DNA of 59,693 nt from Thermoplasmatota archaeon (GCA_041601615.1 JBFIHX010000015.1:1-59693), one strand, 5' to 3'. Shown: positions 1 to 9,763, numbered from the stretch's first letter. Notes: generated by a model from the letters alone, not told the origin. Numbers and translations: made by a program.

Positions 1-31
1 GTATACCGTGACCAGCGTGGTCGCGCGCATA

Positions 32-50
32 GGGGGGCCTACGACCCCCC
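32..50 (-). terminator. GC-rich hairpin downstream of egsA (GGGGGGTC-GTA-GGCCCCCC on the minus strand)
   Basis: 8-bp stem including one T.G pair and a GTA triloop, 20 nt past the egsA stop; terminator-like or REP-like. Confidence 0.4.
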
Positions 51-69
51 GGTTCATCGATGAGCGATC

Positions 70-1134
70 CTACAACACACCCGTCGTCTTGCAAGCCGAC
101 AAGGCAGCGTCCTTGGTGAGACCGCTACCGCCGAGGATCGTGTAACGTTCCGGGCGCAGCGTGTGGCAGGTGGTGAGCGCGTCGATGATGTGGGTCTTGC
201 TGATGCCGAGCTCCTTGGCGGTGGTGGGCGCGCCGAGAGCTTTCAGGGCATCACGGATTCGGTGCCAGTCGCCGCCGTGCAGGTGCATCATGAGCATGGT
301 GCCAACACCCACTTGTTCGCCGTGCATCGCTTTGCCTGGGGCAATGCGGTCGAGTTGGTGGCTAAACAGGTGTTCGGCGCCGCTGGCGGGCCTGCTGCTG
401 CCGGCGACGGCCATGCTGACACCGCTGACGATCAGGGACTTCACGGCAATCCAAGCGCTCTCTTGGAGGCCGGGGCGGATGGCGTCTACGTTGTCGAGGA
501 TGAGTTGGGCGCCGCTCTCGGCTAGGACCGCTGCGAAGGTGCTGTATTCCTCAGCCTTGAGGCGGTGGGCCAGTTGCCAGTCTTTGACGGCGGTGAGGTT
601 GCTGATGACGTCGGCGCAGCCGGCGGCGAGCATGCGATAGGGCGCTTTGCTGATGATTTCTGTGTCGGCGACGATGGCGGCGGGCGGTTTGGCTTCCTTG
701 CTAGTGCTTCCCGTGCTCTCTTTGATGCTGGCGCGACCGGAGCAGATGCCGTCGTGGCTGGCGCTGGTTGGGACACTGACGAATCCGGGGCCGTGCTGGA
801 ATGCTGCGAGCTTGGCCACATCGATGACGCTGCCGCCGCCGATGCCGATGTAGACGCCGGCTCCCTCTTTTTTGCCTAGGGCCACGGCGGCGTGCACCGA
901 GTGCATGGTGGGGGCGGGGCTCTCGTAGAAGACGGTCTCGAATCCAGCGTCGTTGAGGCTGCGTTCGCACGCTTCGCCGGCAAGCTTGCGCGTCATGCTA
1001 TCTACGACGAGCACGGCTTTGGGCTGCGGTTCAAGGTCTGCAACGATGGGGCCGAGCTGATCCAGTGCGCCGCTGCCAACGAGGACGTTGCGCGGGAAGA
1101 CCATGTGCTTCATTTTCGGCAGGGACTCCGCCAT
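70..1134 (-). CDS. egsA: NAD(P)-dependent glycerol-1-phosphate dehydrogenase
   Basis: GIGGGSVIDVAK, VPTSASHDGI, SRPASGAEHLFSH, HGEQVG and RPERYTILG motifs of archaeal G1PDH. Confidence 0.95.
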   Translation of the reverse strand: MAESLPKMKHMVFPRNVLVGSGALDQLGPIVADLEPQPKAVLVVDSMTRKLAGEACERSLNDAGFETVFYESPAPTMHSVHAAVALGKKEGAGVYIGIGGGSVIDVAKLAAFQHGPGFVSVPTSASHDGICSGRASIKESTGSTSKEAKPPAAIVADTEIISKAPYRMLAAGCADVISNLTAVKDWQLAHRLKAEEYSTFAAVLAESGAQLILDNVDAIRPGLQESAWIAVKSLIVSGVSMAVAGSSRPASGAEHLFSHQLDRIAPGKAMHGEQVGVGTMLMMHLHGGDWHRIRDALKALGAPTTAKELGISKTHIIDALTTCHTLRPERYTILGGSGLTKDAALSACKTTGVL

Positions 1135-1218
1135 GGAATGGAGCCTACCCGGAGGGGGTTCTTAAGAGGCGGCGACCCGGGACGGCGCTGCGCCGATAGC
1201 CAACGATTGCGGGGTACG

Positions 1219-1830
1219 TCAGGCGTCGGTGCGGGTCTCGGCGCGAGCTAGCAGCGCGTGGGCAAAGGTTGTCACGGTTCCTGCCAGTGCCAAGAGGGCG
1301 GCGCCTCCGGCTAGAAACAGGCCGGCGACAAAGGACGCTGTGGCGGCTCCTCCGAAGGTTTCCTGCACGGCGTCGGCGATTCCGAGCGGCAGCATGATGG
1401 ATCCCGCGAGGCCGGTTAGGAAGCCAAGCGCGGCGGTGATGCCGGCTGCGAGGTCCAAGTGGCGCTGCGGCACAAACAGGTCTAAGGCGACGAGGATGAG
1501 GGCGACGAACGCGAGGCTCATGCCGACGACGAGCATGGGGCCGGCGGCGCGCATCAAGCCGACGCCATCCATATCATCGAGGTCTCGATCGGTGTACTTG
1601 GCCTCCTCGGAGCCAACTTCCATCGTGAACGCCAAGAACGATCCTTGGAATTCGATGTTGCCACCGCCGAAGTTTCCCGGAACGGACACGTCGCCTTCAA
1701 AGTCCACCCAGGGAAGGGCTAGGGCGACCGCGCCAAGCACGCCGGCCACCAAGAGCAGGGCGACGCTTACGATGGGGAGTTTGGGGAGCGCCGGCATGGC
1801 CTGGCGGGTTGCTGTTTGTGCTTCGTCCAT
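1219..1830 (-). CDS. hypothetical 4-TM membrane protein
   Basis: Four hydrophobic helices with LPW after TM1; ATG at 1830 preferred (ORF open to 1845). Confidence 0.7.
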   Translation of the reverse strand: MDEAQTATRQAMPALPKLPIVSVALLLVAGVLGAVALALPWVDFEGDVSVPGNFGGGNIEFQGSFLAFTMEVGSEEAKYTDRDLDDMDGVGLMRAAGPMLVVGMSLAFVALILVALDLFVPQRHLDLAAGITAALGFLTGLAGSIMLPLGIADAVQETFGGAATASFVAGLFLAGGAALLALAGTVTTFAHALLARAETRTDA

Positions 1831-1934
1831 GGGGTCCACCGCCAAGCTGCGAGGCTGGCAAGGGCGGATTCGGAATCGGGCTCTTAGTGCTTCGTGTGGG
1901 CAAGGCCCAAGCCCAGGCAGGCGTTGGCGGTTGC

Positions 1935-2369
1935 ATGACGGACCGAACCCGTGACGACGCAGCCTTGCGAACCCTCCTTTCGGCGCCGCGACGAATCGCG
2001 GTGGTGGGTGCCAGTCCGAACCCGACTCGCGACAGCCACCGCATCTTTGCCTTCCTGAAATCCCAAGGTCATGACGTTTTGCCGGTCAATCCCGTGGCCG
2101 AGGAGGTGCTTGGCGTGCCTTGTGTGCCGGATCTTGCCGGTGCGCGGGCGACCTGGGGCGAGGCGCCGGAGATCGTGGACGTGTTTCGTGCCCCAGAGCA
2201 CCTAGTGGCCGTAGCCAAGGAGGCCGTGGAGGTGGGCGCGGCTTGGCTGTGGTGCCAGTTTGGCGTCGTGAACGAGGAAGCCAATCGCGTCGCACTGGAC
2301 GCCGGGATGGACCTCGTCGTGGATCGCTGCATCCTCGTGGAGACGCGTCGCCTCCTGGATTCGTCCTGA
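1935..2369 (+). CDS. CoA-binding protein (YccU-like)
   Basis: IAVVGASPNPTRDS, PVNP, IVDVFRAPE, W-CQFGV, VVDRC motifs. Confidence 0.9.
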   Translation: MTDRTRDDAALRTLLSAPRRIAVVGASPNPTRDSHRIFAFLKSQGHDVLPVNPVAEEVLGVPCVPDLAGARATWGEAPEIVDVFRAPEHLVAVAKEAVEVGAAWLWCQFGVVNEEANRVALDAGMDLVVDRCILVETRRLLDSS

Positions 2370-2370
2370 A

Positions 2371-3123
2371 TTAGCTCGTGGGGACGGCCCACATGTCGCC
2401 AGAAGAACCGCTAGCGCTTGCCTTGTTGGCGTTGCTGTGGAATCCACAGGAGGAACAGGTGGGAACGACTCCGAGGGGAGCCTTGGAGCGGCTTCCGCAG
2501 TCGGGGCATATGAGGGTGCGGTTGCCGCCGTCGGACGAGTGGGCTGCGAGGTTGGCCGGGTAATCCTCCCAGGTGTTGGTTTGGGGACCCGAGGTGGGTC
2601 GCACGGTGAGCGCGAAGGCAGCGCCGAGCAACAGGAACAGGAAGCCGAAGCCCAGCAGGAAGATGCCGGCGAGAGGGTTCAGGCTGACAGCGCTGTCGTA
2701 CACTTCGGCGACACGGGCGCGCATGCCCAGAATGACCAGGATAGTGACGGTTGCCACGGCGGCGGCGCCCACGATGGAGAAAATGGCACCGACTCGGATG
2801 GTGCGGGCCGGGAACGAGAGGGTGGTGCCGATCACTGCAAACAACAGGGCACCAATGGCGGTGAAGGAGGCAGCAATCATGAGGTTGCTACCGGCGTCGC
2901 CGTCGAGGCTTGCGTGGTTCCAGCCCTTGGCTTGGGGATCCTTGAGCACCACGTCGGGGTTGCTGCGGGCAAAGTCATAGGTCAACACACTGTACGTTTC
3001 CGTGTCTCGAATGGAGTTGCGCTCTGTCCAGGCCTCGCCGGAGGGCAGGAAAGTGCCGAGCCCCGCAAGAAGCAGGCCGACGAGCATGAGTGTGACGGCG
3101 GTGGTTTTTGTTGCAGATGCCAT
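2371..3123 (-). CDS. 4-TM membrane protein with C-terminal zinc ribbon
   Basis: Four TM segments, then CPDC...CSSCGF; AATATAA box about 27 nt upstream of ATG 3123. Confidence 0.7.
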   Translation of the reverse strand: MASATKTTAVTLMLVGLLLAGLGTFLPSGEAWTERNSIRDTETYSVLTYDFARSNPDVVLKDPQAKGWNHASLDGDAGSNLMIAASFTAIGALLFAVIGTTLSFPARTIRVGAIFSIVGAAAVATVTILVILGMRARVAEVYDSAVSLNPLAGIFLLGFGFLFLLLGAAFALTVRPTSGPQTNTWEDYPANLAAHSSDGGNRTLICPDCGSRSKAPLGVVPTCSSCGFHSNANKASASGSSGDMWAVPTS

Positions 3124-3149
3124 AGGATCACTGGGCCCAGATGGACCCG

Positions 3150-3183
3150 TTATATTCGTGCGAGCCATCGATGCCTATATCAT
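3150..3183. promoter_or_regulatory. divergent TATA-like boxes
   Basis: AATATAA (minus strand, 3150-3156) and CTATAT (plus strand, 3175-3180), each about 25 nt from a start codon, consistent with leaderless archaeal promoters. Confidence 0.45.
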
Positions 3184-3204
3184 CATTGTTGGTGACCTCA
3201 ACTG

Positions 3205-5193
3205 GTGTTGACTCCTCGTTCCTTGGGCCTCCTGGTGCTGGCGACTCTATTGATGGGCACCGTGCCCATGGGACTTTCCCAGCATCAGCCCCTGCAACCG
3301 GCCGATTGGTCTCAACTGGAACATCGAACGGATTTGGCGGAGGCGGGCGACTTCGCGGGCGCCCAGCGCGTACTGCGGTTTGTGCAAGTCAGCGATGCAC
3401 ACATCTTGGACGACGACGCTCCTTCGCCCATGCGCGTGGAGTTCCTGGACCCACTGGGATCCCCCTTCGAGTCGGCAAGCCGGCCGCAAGAGGAATTCAC
3501 AGACGAAGTGCTCGCGGCCATGATTCGCTCCATCAATGCGGAACACGCAGGCGATGCACTGGACTTCGTCGTGAACACCGGAGACAACATCGACAACGAA
3601 CTTGAGAACGAATTGATGCGGTTTCTGGACATCTGGGAAGGAACCCACTCCACCACCGGACCGGTGAGTGGCCTCCCGTGCGTCCCCGACGGCCAAAGTG
3701 CAGACTGGAAGGACCCCTCCTCAGACGTGACGACCCAATGTACAAGCCTACCCGAATCACTCGCCGCGAACCTTGTCGCCTTAGCACCTGGATTGCCCTG
3801 GTTCAGCGCCTTTGGCAACCACGACGGCCTCATCCAAGGCAACGTGCCCATCGAACCAAGTTTCCAGGAGGCGGCCGGGCAATTCGGTCGCCACTTCTTG
3901 ACCCAGCCCGAGTACGTCGGCATGCACTTTGAAGCCGGAGGATCCTGTGTTGCGGGAGCTCCTGCCGGCTCGGCCCTGGACGACAATGGACACGGCTACG
4001 GCTTTGCAGGGAACCGGCTTTGCGACGAGGACCCCGACAACGATGGGTACTATGCCTTTGGCCTTCGCGGCGTCCAATTCATCGTCCTCGACACGGTCAA
4101 CGACGACTTTGTCACCGGAAATGAATTCCTCGCGGGTCAATTCAATCCGCAAACACTGGTTGGAAACGACCTCTTGGGGGGCTACTCCGAAGGCTCCGTG
4201 GACCCCGTGCAATTCAATTGGCTCATGGATGAAATCAGTGCCAATCAGGACCGCCTCGTGGTCGTCATGAGCCACCACACCGTCAACAGCATGTTCAGCA
4301 GCCGCACCGAAGGCAACTGCAGCGGCGACCAATGCCTAGACGACCTACTCACCGAAGCTGGCTACAAAACCGGCCCCGAAATCACCGAAGCACTCGCCGA
4401 ACACCCCAACGTGGTCGGCTGGCTCGGAGGCCACACGCACCAGCACCGCATCCAACCCAAGACCGTGGCGGGCGCCGCCGGACCGGGCTTCTGGAACGTA
4501 GAAACCAGCAGCCTCATCGACATGCCCCAAGAAGCTCGCGTGGTGGAACTCTGGGTCACCGCAGACGGCGCCAAAGGGTTCTGGGCCCTGCAAAGCATCG
4601 GCCACGACTACGAACCCAGTCGCGCCCTCGCGTTGACCGACGACCAAGCCGATCCCAACGCATACGGCTCCGCCACGGACCAAAATGTGCTGCTTTGGTT
4701 CGACATTCCAACGGGTGTGGCGCTTGTGCCGCAGCCAAGCCTCGAGCGCGTCCTGCGCATGGATCTTGTCAGCCCCACCCCCCTCAACGGCACATACGGC
4801 CGACCCGGCGAAACCCTCACCCTCACCTTGGAATTCACCGATCCCCTCCTGAATGTAACCGTGCCCGGACTCATGGGCAACATCTCCATCGACCACATCG
4901 ATTTGGACACGGGAGCCTCCGTTGAAGACCTCGACGCCGTAGCCCTCGTGGAGGAAGGCAATGGCCGCTACTCCGTTCCTTTCGTTGCAAGCGAAGGATC
5001 TACGCACTACCTCAATGTGCTCATGACGGACCCCGCCGGCACATTCGAAGACCTGCACCGCACGCTGAGCATCCGCATCGAATCTGAAGCCACCGTTGCC
5101 AAGGAGACAAAGGAAAGCCCTGGCATGGAAACCGTGGCCGTGCTGGCGCTCCTCGGATCCCTCGCCGTGCTTGTGCGTCGCAAGCGCTCGTAG
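3205..5193 (+). CDS. secreted calcineurin-like metallophosphoesterase with PG-CTERM-like anchor
   Basis: Signal peptide; SDAH, TGDNIDN, FGNHD, SHH, GHTH metallophosphoesterase motifs; C-terminal ESPG-hydrophobic helix-RRKRS. Confidence 0.85.
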   Translation: MLTPRSLGLLVLATLLMGTVPMGLSQHQPLQPADWSQLEHRTDLAEAGDFAGAQRVLRFVQVSDAHILDDDAPSPMRVEFLDPLGSPFESASRPQEEFTDEVLAAMIRSINAEHAGDALDFVVNTGDNIDNELENELMRFLDIWEGTHSTTGPVSGLPCVPDGQSADWKDPSSDVTTQCTSLPESLAANLVALAPGLPWFSAFGNHDGLIQGNVPIEPSFQEAAGQFGRHFLTQPEYVGMHFEAGGSCVAGAPAGSALDDNGHGYGFAGNRLCDEDPDNDGYYAFGLRGVQFIVLDTVNDDFVTGNEFLAGQFNPQTLVGNDLLGGYSEGSVDPVQFNWLMDEISANQDRLVVVMSHHTVNSMFSSRTEGNCSGDQCLDDLLTEAGYKTGPEITEALAEHPNVVGWLGGHTHQHRIQPKTVAGAAGPGFWNVETSSLIDMPQEARVVELWVTADGAKGFWALQSIGHDYEPSRALALTDDQADPNAYGSATDQNVLLWFDIPTGVALVPQPSLERVLRMDLVSPTPLNGTYGRPGETLTLTLEFTDPLLNVTVPGLMGNISIDHIDLDTGASVEDLDAVALVEEGNGRYSVPFVASEGSTHYLNVLMTDPAGTFEDLHRTLSIRIESEATVAKETKESPGMETVAVLALLGSLAVLVRRKRS

Positions 5194-5201
5194 CGTCGCA
5201 A

Positions 5202-6167
5202 TCAGAACAGGTGCTCTTCGATTTCCCTCGCCGGGCCACCCGGTTGGAGTCGAAGCACGCGAGCAACACCATCGATGCCCGCGACGGCCGCAGCGACTTG
5301 CTCCTCGTGGACGCTGTCTGTGTTGAGGTAGGCAGTTGCTCCGGTGTCGATGCTGAACCACACCGGAACTCCCTCGGATCGAAGGTGGCGAACCGTTTGC
5401 ATAACCGCCACCGTCGCAGGTTGCCACGTCAGATGCCCGCCGGGCCCCGTCATGGTGACAGCATGCAGATTCAAGGTGTCCGCCTCCGCAAGCGCTCCAA
5501 TGGCGTGCAGATCGTGGGCGTGGCACGCAGCGCGCATACGGTCCAGAACTTCCGGAATGTAATCGATGCGGGCCCCAAACAAGGGCGACTTCACCACTTC
5601 CGCGTGAACATTCTCCGTGGGCTCCTCGTGTTGCACGAGCGGCACGACAATGCGCCAATCCACAGCATCCTCCGCCATCAACATTCGGCTAAAGCTGCGA
5701 GCGCCATCCTGCACCCACTCGGAAACGCCCCCCGTAATCGCCCTACTGGCGCTGCCGGCACCTAGGCGTGCCACTTCGGACAGCGTCTCCAAGTCCGCAT
5801 CCCAGCCATAGGCACGAGCGGCGGCCAGCGCAAGGGCCGCAAAGCCGCTGCTGCTGGAGCCGAGGCCCACGAACTGCGGGAAATCATTGCGACTCTCCAT
5901 GCGAAACGGCCTCGAATCGCCGGTTGCTTCTTGGACGGCCGCAACGACCGCCTGCACGCGCTCCCAAGGACGACCCGTGCAAGGTTCGCCGTCGATGATG
6001 GCGCTGCTCTGGCCTCCGCCCTCCAGCACCTTCACGGTTGTGTGTGTGCTCAACGGGGCGGTGCAAACGCTGATGGAATCGTGGAAGGGAATGCGACGGG
6101 CCACATCCCGCAACCCGTGGTACTTGATGAGCCCTTGAATGGGATGGGCCACAGCGCTTGCTTTCAT
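5202..6167 (-). CDS. mvaD: phosphomevalonate decarboxylase (haloarchaeal type)
   Basis: MKASAVAHPIQGLIKYHG...PFHDSISVCTAP N-terminus, GLGSSSSGFAALA GHMP motif, FSIDTGA. Confidence 0.9.
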   Translation of the reverse strand: MKASAVAHPIQGLIKYHGLRDVARRIPFHDSISVCTAPLSTHTTVKVLEGGGQSSAIIDGEPCTGRPWERVQAVVAAVQEATGDSRPFRMESRNDFPQFVGLGSSSSGFAALALAAARAYGWDADLETLSEVARLGAGSASRAITGGVSEWVQDGARSFSRMLMAEDAVDWRIVVPLVQHEEPTENVHAEVVKSPLFGARIDYIPEVLDRMRAACHAHDLHAIGALAEADTLNLHAVTMTGPGGHLTWQPATVAVMQTVRHLRSEGVPVWFSIDTGATAYLNTDSVHEEQVAAAVAGIDGVARVLRLQPGGPAREIEEHLF

Positions 6168-7015
6168 GCGCCACCCCCGCCCGCGCCGGCTTCCGCTTCG
6201 TCGGCATAATCGTCGCCAATGTCGAGGCGCCTGCGCACCTGCCGCTTCAATTTCTCGCCGAGGCTGAACAGGAGATCCGTGAGCGTCTTGTTGACGTCCA
6301 CCGCGCCTTCTACGAGTGTTCCCGTCACAATGATATCCGCGCCGGCCCGGATTGCATCGTGGGCCGCTTCGGCGTCTCGAATTCCACCGCCCACAATGAC
6401 GGGAATTTGCACAGCGTGTTTGACGGCACGAATGATGCGCGGAGGCACCGAAGTCGCGGCACCGCTGCCCGCTTCAAGGTACACGAACCGCATCCCAAAC
6501 ATCTGGGCCGCAAGCGCATAGCCGACCGCGGCGTCAATGTCGTCGGGTTGGATCAGCTTCGCCTTGCCCACCTTCCCAACGGTACCGCCGGGAGCGACGA
6601 CGATGTAGCCCATGGGAATCGGCTCCATCTGGAGCTTGTCGATGAGCGGCGCGCCCCGCACTTGCTCGCCCACCAAAAACCGCGTGTCCTGGCTGTTCAG
6701 TAGCTGCATGAACAACACCGCGTCCGCGTGGGTGCTGACTTGGGTGCTGCCGCCGGGAAACAAAATCACCGGGAGGCCGCTTCGCTTCTTGACGAGCTTC
6801 ACGAGCCGATCAAGCTTGCGCGGATCATCGAGTGTGCTTCCACCCACCAAAATCGCGTGGCTGCCGGCTTCCATCGCCGCCTCCGCCATATCGGCCGCAG
6901 CGCGAGGGCCCTGTTTGTCCGGGTCGATCAACGTGAAATGCAACGGGCTGTGGCGCAAATGGCGGTAGATGTAGTCCTCTACCCACTGGATTCGAGGCGC
7001 CCGACGGAATCGCAC
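6164..7015 (-). CDS. geranylgeranylglyceryl phosphate synthase (group II)
   Basis: HFTLIDPDK, ILVGGST, PVILFPG, YLEAGSGA, IVGGGIR; ATGA overlap with mvaD. Confidence 0.93.
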   Translation of the reverse strand: MRFRRAPRIQWVEDYIYRHLRHSPLHFTLIDPDKQGPRAAADMAEAAMEAGSHAILVGGSTLDDPRKLDRLVKLVKKRSGLPVILFPGGSTQVSTHADAVLFMQLLNSQDTRFLVGEQVRGAPLIDKLQMEPIPMGYIVVAPGGTVGKVGKAKLIQPDDIDAAVGYALAAQMFGMRFVYLEAGSGAATSVPPRIIRAVKHAVQIPVIVGGGIRDAEAAHDAIRAGADIIVTGTLVEGAVDVNKTLTDLLFSLGEKLKRQVRRRLDIGDDYADEAEAGAGGGGA

Positions 7016-7057
7016 AATCCGGCCACACGAAGGCGGGTCATGAAGGTGCCGTGCTGT

Positions 7058-7915
7058 TTACAACAAAGGGCCAAGCGCATACGCCACGAGCGCCAGCATC
7101 ATCCCGAGCTTCAAGCCACGTTGCGCAAGGCGACAATCCACCCACGCAAACGCCACCGAGCCCATCAAGACCGCGTCGGCGACCAGCAACGAAACGCCCC
7201 ACCACGGCGCCCACGGCGTTTGCCACCACGCAAGCACAGACAGCGCAACGGCCACATGGACCATGAAAAACGCAAGCAGCAACGGCTTCGCCGTGCCGGC
7301 CACCACAGGAAGTGTTGTGCGAACCGCGCGATCCGCCTCCATATCCTGCACGTCCTTGAGGATCTCACGAGCGACATTGGCAAGAAACGCCATAGCCATA
7401 AGCGCCCACAACGGACCCCACGAACCTGGCGCCGCTCCTGCCGCCACCGCCCCGAACGCGAACGCGGAAGCCACCAAAAGTGCCACGACCACATTGCCCC
7501 AAAGGACCACAGACTTGAGGCGCACTTCATAGAGACCAAGGACCGCAGCATTGACAGCCGCAAATGCCAGAGTCGGCCAGCCAGCAGCAATGAACGCCTC
7601 ATACAGGCCAAAACCCAGAAGCAAGAACGCAAACCCCTGCGCCTGTTGCACCGAAAGAATCCCCGATGGAAGCGGACGCTCCGGATGCGCTTCGGCGTCA
7701 AGGACCCGGTCCGTGATGTCGTTCAGGACATTGCCAAAACCTGTAATCAAAAAAGCCGCCAGCGCCGCCGCCCCCACCGCATCAAACTGAAGACGGAACA
7801 CGTCCAAGCCAGCCACAACGAGGCCGCCAAGCAGGACCGCCACCGCCGCCATCAAGGCATTGCCCGGACGCATCATGCGGACCCGGGCCGACCAGAGGGC
7901 GCCGTAGGAAGTCAT
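7058..7915 (-). CDS. digeranylgeranylglyceryl phosphate synthase (UbiA family)
   Basis: RPGN, NDITDRVLD...HPERPLPSG, REILKDVQDMEAD motifs; multi-TM; lipid operon context. Confidence 0.9.
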   Translation of the reverse strand: MTSYGALWSARVRMMRPGNALMAAVAVLLGGLVVAGLDVFRLQFDAVGAAALAAFLITGFGNVLNDITDRVLDAEAHPERPLPSGILSVQQAQGFAFLLLGFGLYEAFIAAGWPTLAFAAVNAAVLGLYEVRLKSVVLWGNVVVALLVASAFAFGAVAAGAAPGSWGPLWALMAMAFLANVAREILKDVQDMEADRAVRTTLPVVAGTAKPLLLAFFMVHVAVALSVLAWWQTPWAPWWGVSLLVADAVLMGSVAFAWVDCRLAQRGLKLGMMLALVAYALGPLL

Positions 7916-7921
7916 GCAGCC

Positions 7922-9304
7922 CTACCGAGCAATTTCAGCTTCTGCGGCCAAAAGCAACTCGTCCACGTCGTCCCACTCGGCGCGCGCCTTCGCTTCTTCC
8001 ATGTCGCGAACCGCAAGCATGTACTTGCGAACCAGCGGCGCCATCTTCGGGAAATGACGCAACATGAGCTTGACAAACGTCGGGAACTTCGCCTCCGTCA
8101 ACTCCAACACCACGTCGCCATCCAAAATCGACGCGAGCCGCTCGAAGTCCTTGTCGTTGAGGTTCTCCGAGAAGTAACGCAAACGCAGCAATTTCTCCGT
8201 CACCGCACCCTCATCCTGCGTCCAGTACTCCTCGACGTACGGCATGAGCCGCGCCTTGGACACGTCTCCGGCCCGCAGCGCCTCGCCGCCGACCCGCGCC
8301 GCAATCATCGCCGCACGCATCGCAATGATGATGCCGCCACCATGAATCGGATTCACCAATTGCGCCGCATCCCCAACCAGCATCACGCCGTCCGCAATCG
8401 GCTCCGGCACCCGGCTGCTGACCGGAATGCCACTGCCATTGAGCTCCGTCACCGAAGCATTCTGGAAGAACTGCGGATTGTTTTCGATCCAGCGATCCAA
8501 GTAGTCCTGAGCACGATTGCCCCACGACTCCTCTTTCGCCAAGACGCCAATGCCCACGTTGGAAACGCCATCACCCTTCGGGAAAATCCACACATAACCC
8601 TTCGGCGCCACATCGTTTCCAAAGTACAGATGCAGCCACTTCTCCTCGCCAAAGCCCTCGACGCCCACCATCTCATACTGGAAACCAGAGTGGTAATCGC
8701 GGACACGGTTCAAGGTCTTCAGGCCCGCCCACTTGCCCACAAACGAATCGATGCCGTCGGCGCCGATGGTAAGTTTGGCACGAATGTCAAATTCCGTGCC
8801 CATGAATTGTGCTCGAATACCCGCGACGCGGCCGGTCTTGTCCTTCAAGAGGCCCACGGCCTGCGTCTTTGGCATGGTCTTCGCGCCGGCCAAAATGGCG
8901 TCGCGTGCCAAGTGCTTCTCGAAGATCTTGCGCTCGATGACCCAACCAAACGTGTCAGGCCCAACGAGCTCCACGCGGGTTCCCGACGGCGCATAGAGAG
9001 CAGCGCCCTCAATCCGACCGTACGCCCACGCCGGATCCGGCGCCACGCCACAATGCGCAAGGCCCTCATCCGAGACACCCTCCGCGCAACGCTTCGGCGA
9101 ACCAATGTCCTGCTTGCGATCAATGCCCAGAACCGAAAAGCCCTGCTTGGCAAAATCACGACAAGCAATCAAGCCGCCAGGACCAAGCCCAACCACCAGC
9201 ACATCCACCTCGCAATCCACAGCCCGAGGAATCGTCCCCGGCGCCAGCGACCGCAAAGGCTTGTTCGACACCGTATCCGCAGGATTCCCAGAAAGAACAG
9301 CCAT
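7922..9304 (-). CDS. digeranylgeranylglycerophospholipid reductase (GGR)
   Basis: VVGLGPGG FAD motif, KRCAEG, IGADG, PKGYVWIFPK, GDAA...NPIHGGG. Confidence 0.92.
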   Translation of the reverse strand: MAVLSGNPADTVSNKPLRSLAPGTIPRAVDCEVDVLVVGLGPGGLIACRDFAKQGFSVLGIDRKQDIGSPKRCAEGVSDEGLAHCGVAPDPAWAYGRIEGAALYAPSGTRVELVGPDTFGWVIERKIFEKHLARDAILAGAKTMPKTQAVGLLKDKTGRVAGIRAQFMGTEFDIRAKLTIGADGIDSFVGKWAGLKTLNRVRDYHSGFQYEMVGVEGFGEEKWLHLYFGNDVAPKGYVWIFPKGDGVSNVGIGVLAKEESWGNRAQDYLDRWIENNPQFFQNASVTELNGSGIPVSSRVPEPIADGVMLVGDAAQLVNPIHGGGIIIAMRAAMIAARVGGEALRAGDVSKARLMPYVEEYWTQDEGAVTEKLLRLRYFSENLNDKDFERLASILDGDVVLELTEAKFPTFVKLMLRHFPKMAPLVRKYMLAVRDMEEAKARAEWDDVDELLLAAEAEIAR

Positions 9305-9305
9305 A

Positions 9306-9536
9306 CTAATCCACCAAAATCACACGATCAGGACGCGCACTCGGCTTCTGCCCATACTCATCACCCATGGACAACGCGCCCACCGGACAAAACTGAATAC
9401 ACAAGCCGCAGCTAATGCACGGATCCGAATCCACCGTCAAGCGCTCGCCCCACAGCGTAATCGTATCCACAGGGCACACACCGACGCAGCCCGCGCACGA
9501 AATGCAACGGCCATGGTCCACGTCGACCTTTGCCAT
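9306..9536 (-). CDS. 2x[4Fe-4S] ferredoxin, likely GGR electron donor
   Basis: Two CxxCxxCxxxCP motifs; ends 1 nt before the GGR start. Confidence 0.93.
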   Translation of the reverse strand: MAKVDVDHGRCISCAGCVGVCPVDTITLWGERLTVDSDPCISCGLCIQFCPVGALSMGDEYGQKPSARPDRVILVD

Positions 9537-9663
9537 GGAAGGGGGCCACCAAGACCCAGGTCAAAAGGCGTGTGCCAAGCACGCAGGGCGGAGAGACCAA
9601 ATACAGGACGCGAGTCGCCGGAGACAGCGACCCCATCCGAGGCGACTCGGACGCTACAACAAT

Positions 9664-9736
9664 GGGCCCGTAGGGTAGTTTGGTATCCTTGTACATTGGG
9701 GTTGTATAGACTCCAGTTCAAATCTGGGCGGGCCCA
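9664..9736 (+). tRNA. tRNA-Pro(GGG)
   Basis: Acceptor GGGCCCG/CGGGCCC plus discriminator A; anticodon arm GTACA-TTGGGGT-TGTAT; T arm TCCAG-TTCAAAT-CTGGG; no encoded CCA, no intron. Confidence 0.95.
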
Positions 9737-9763
9737 CTATCCCCATCCCCGTTTGGGGATAGT
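9736..9763 (+). terminator. hairpin immediately 3' of tRNA-Pro
   Basis: ACTATCCCCA / TGGGGATAGT perfect 10-bp stem with 8-nt loop. Confidence 0.5.

Noticed and set aside
6728-9415. 895-aa plus-strand ORF, and similar long antisense ORFs (10800-12113, 15404-16501, 29891-30697, 45956-47407, 54700-56157)
   Set aside because: Shadow frames of well-supported genes on the opposite strand in high-GC DNA; biased composition, no motifs
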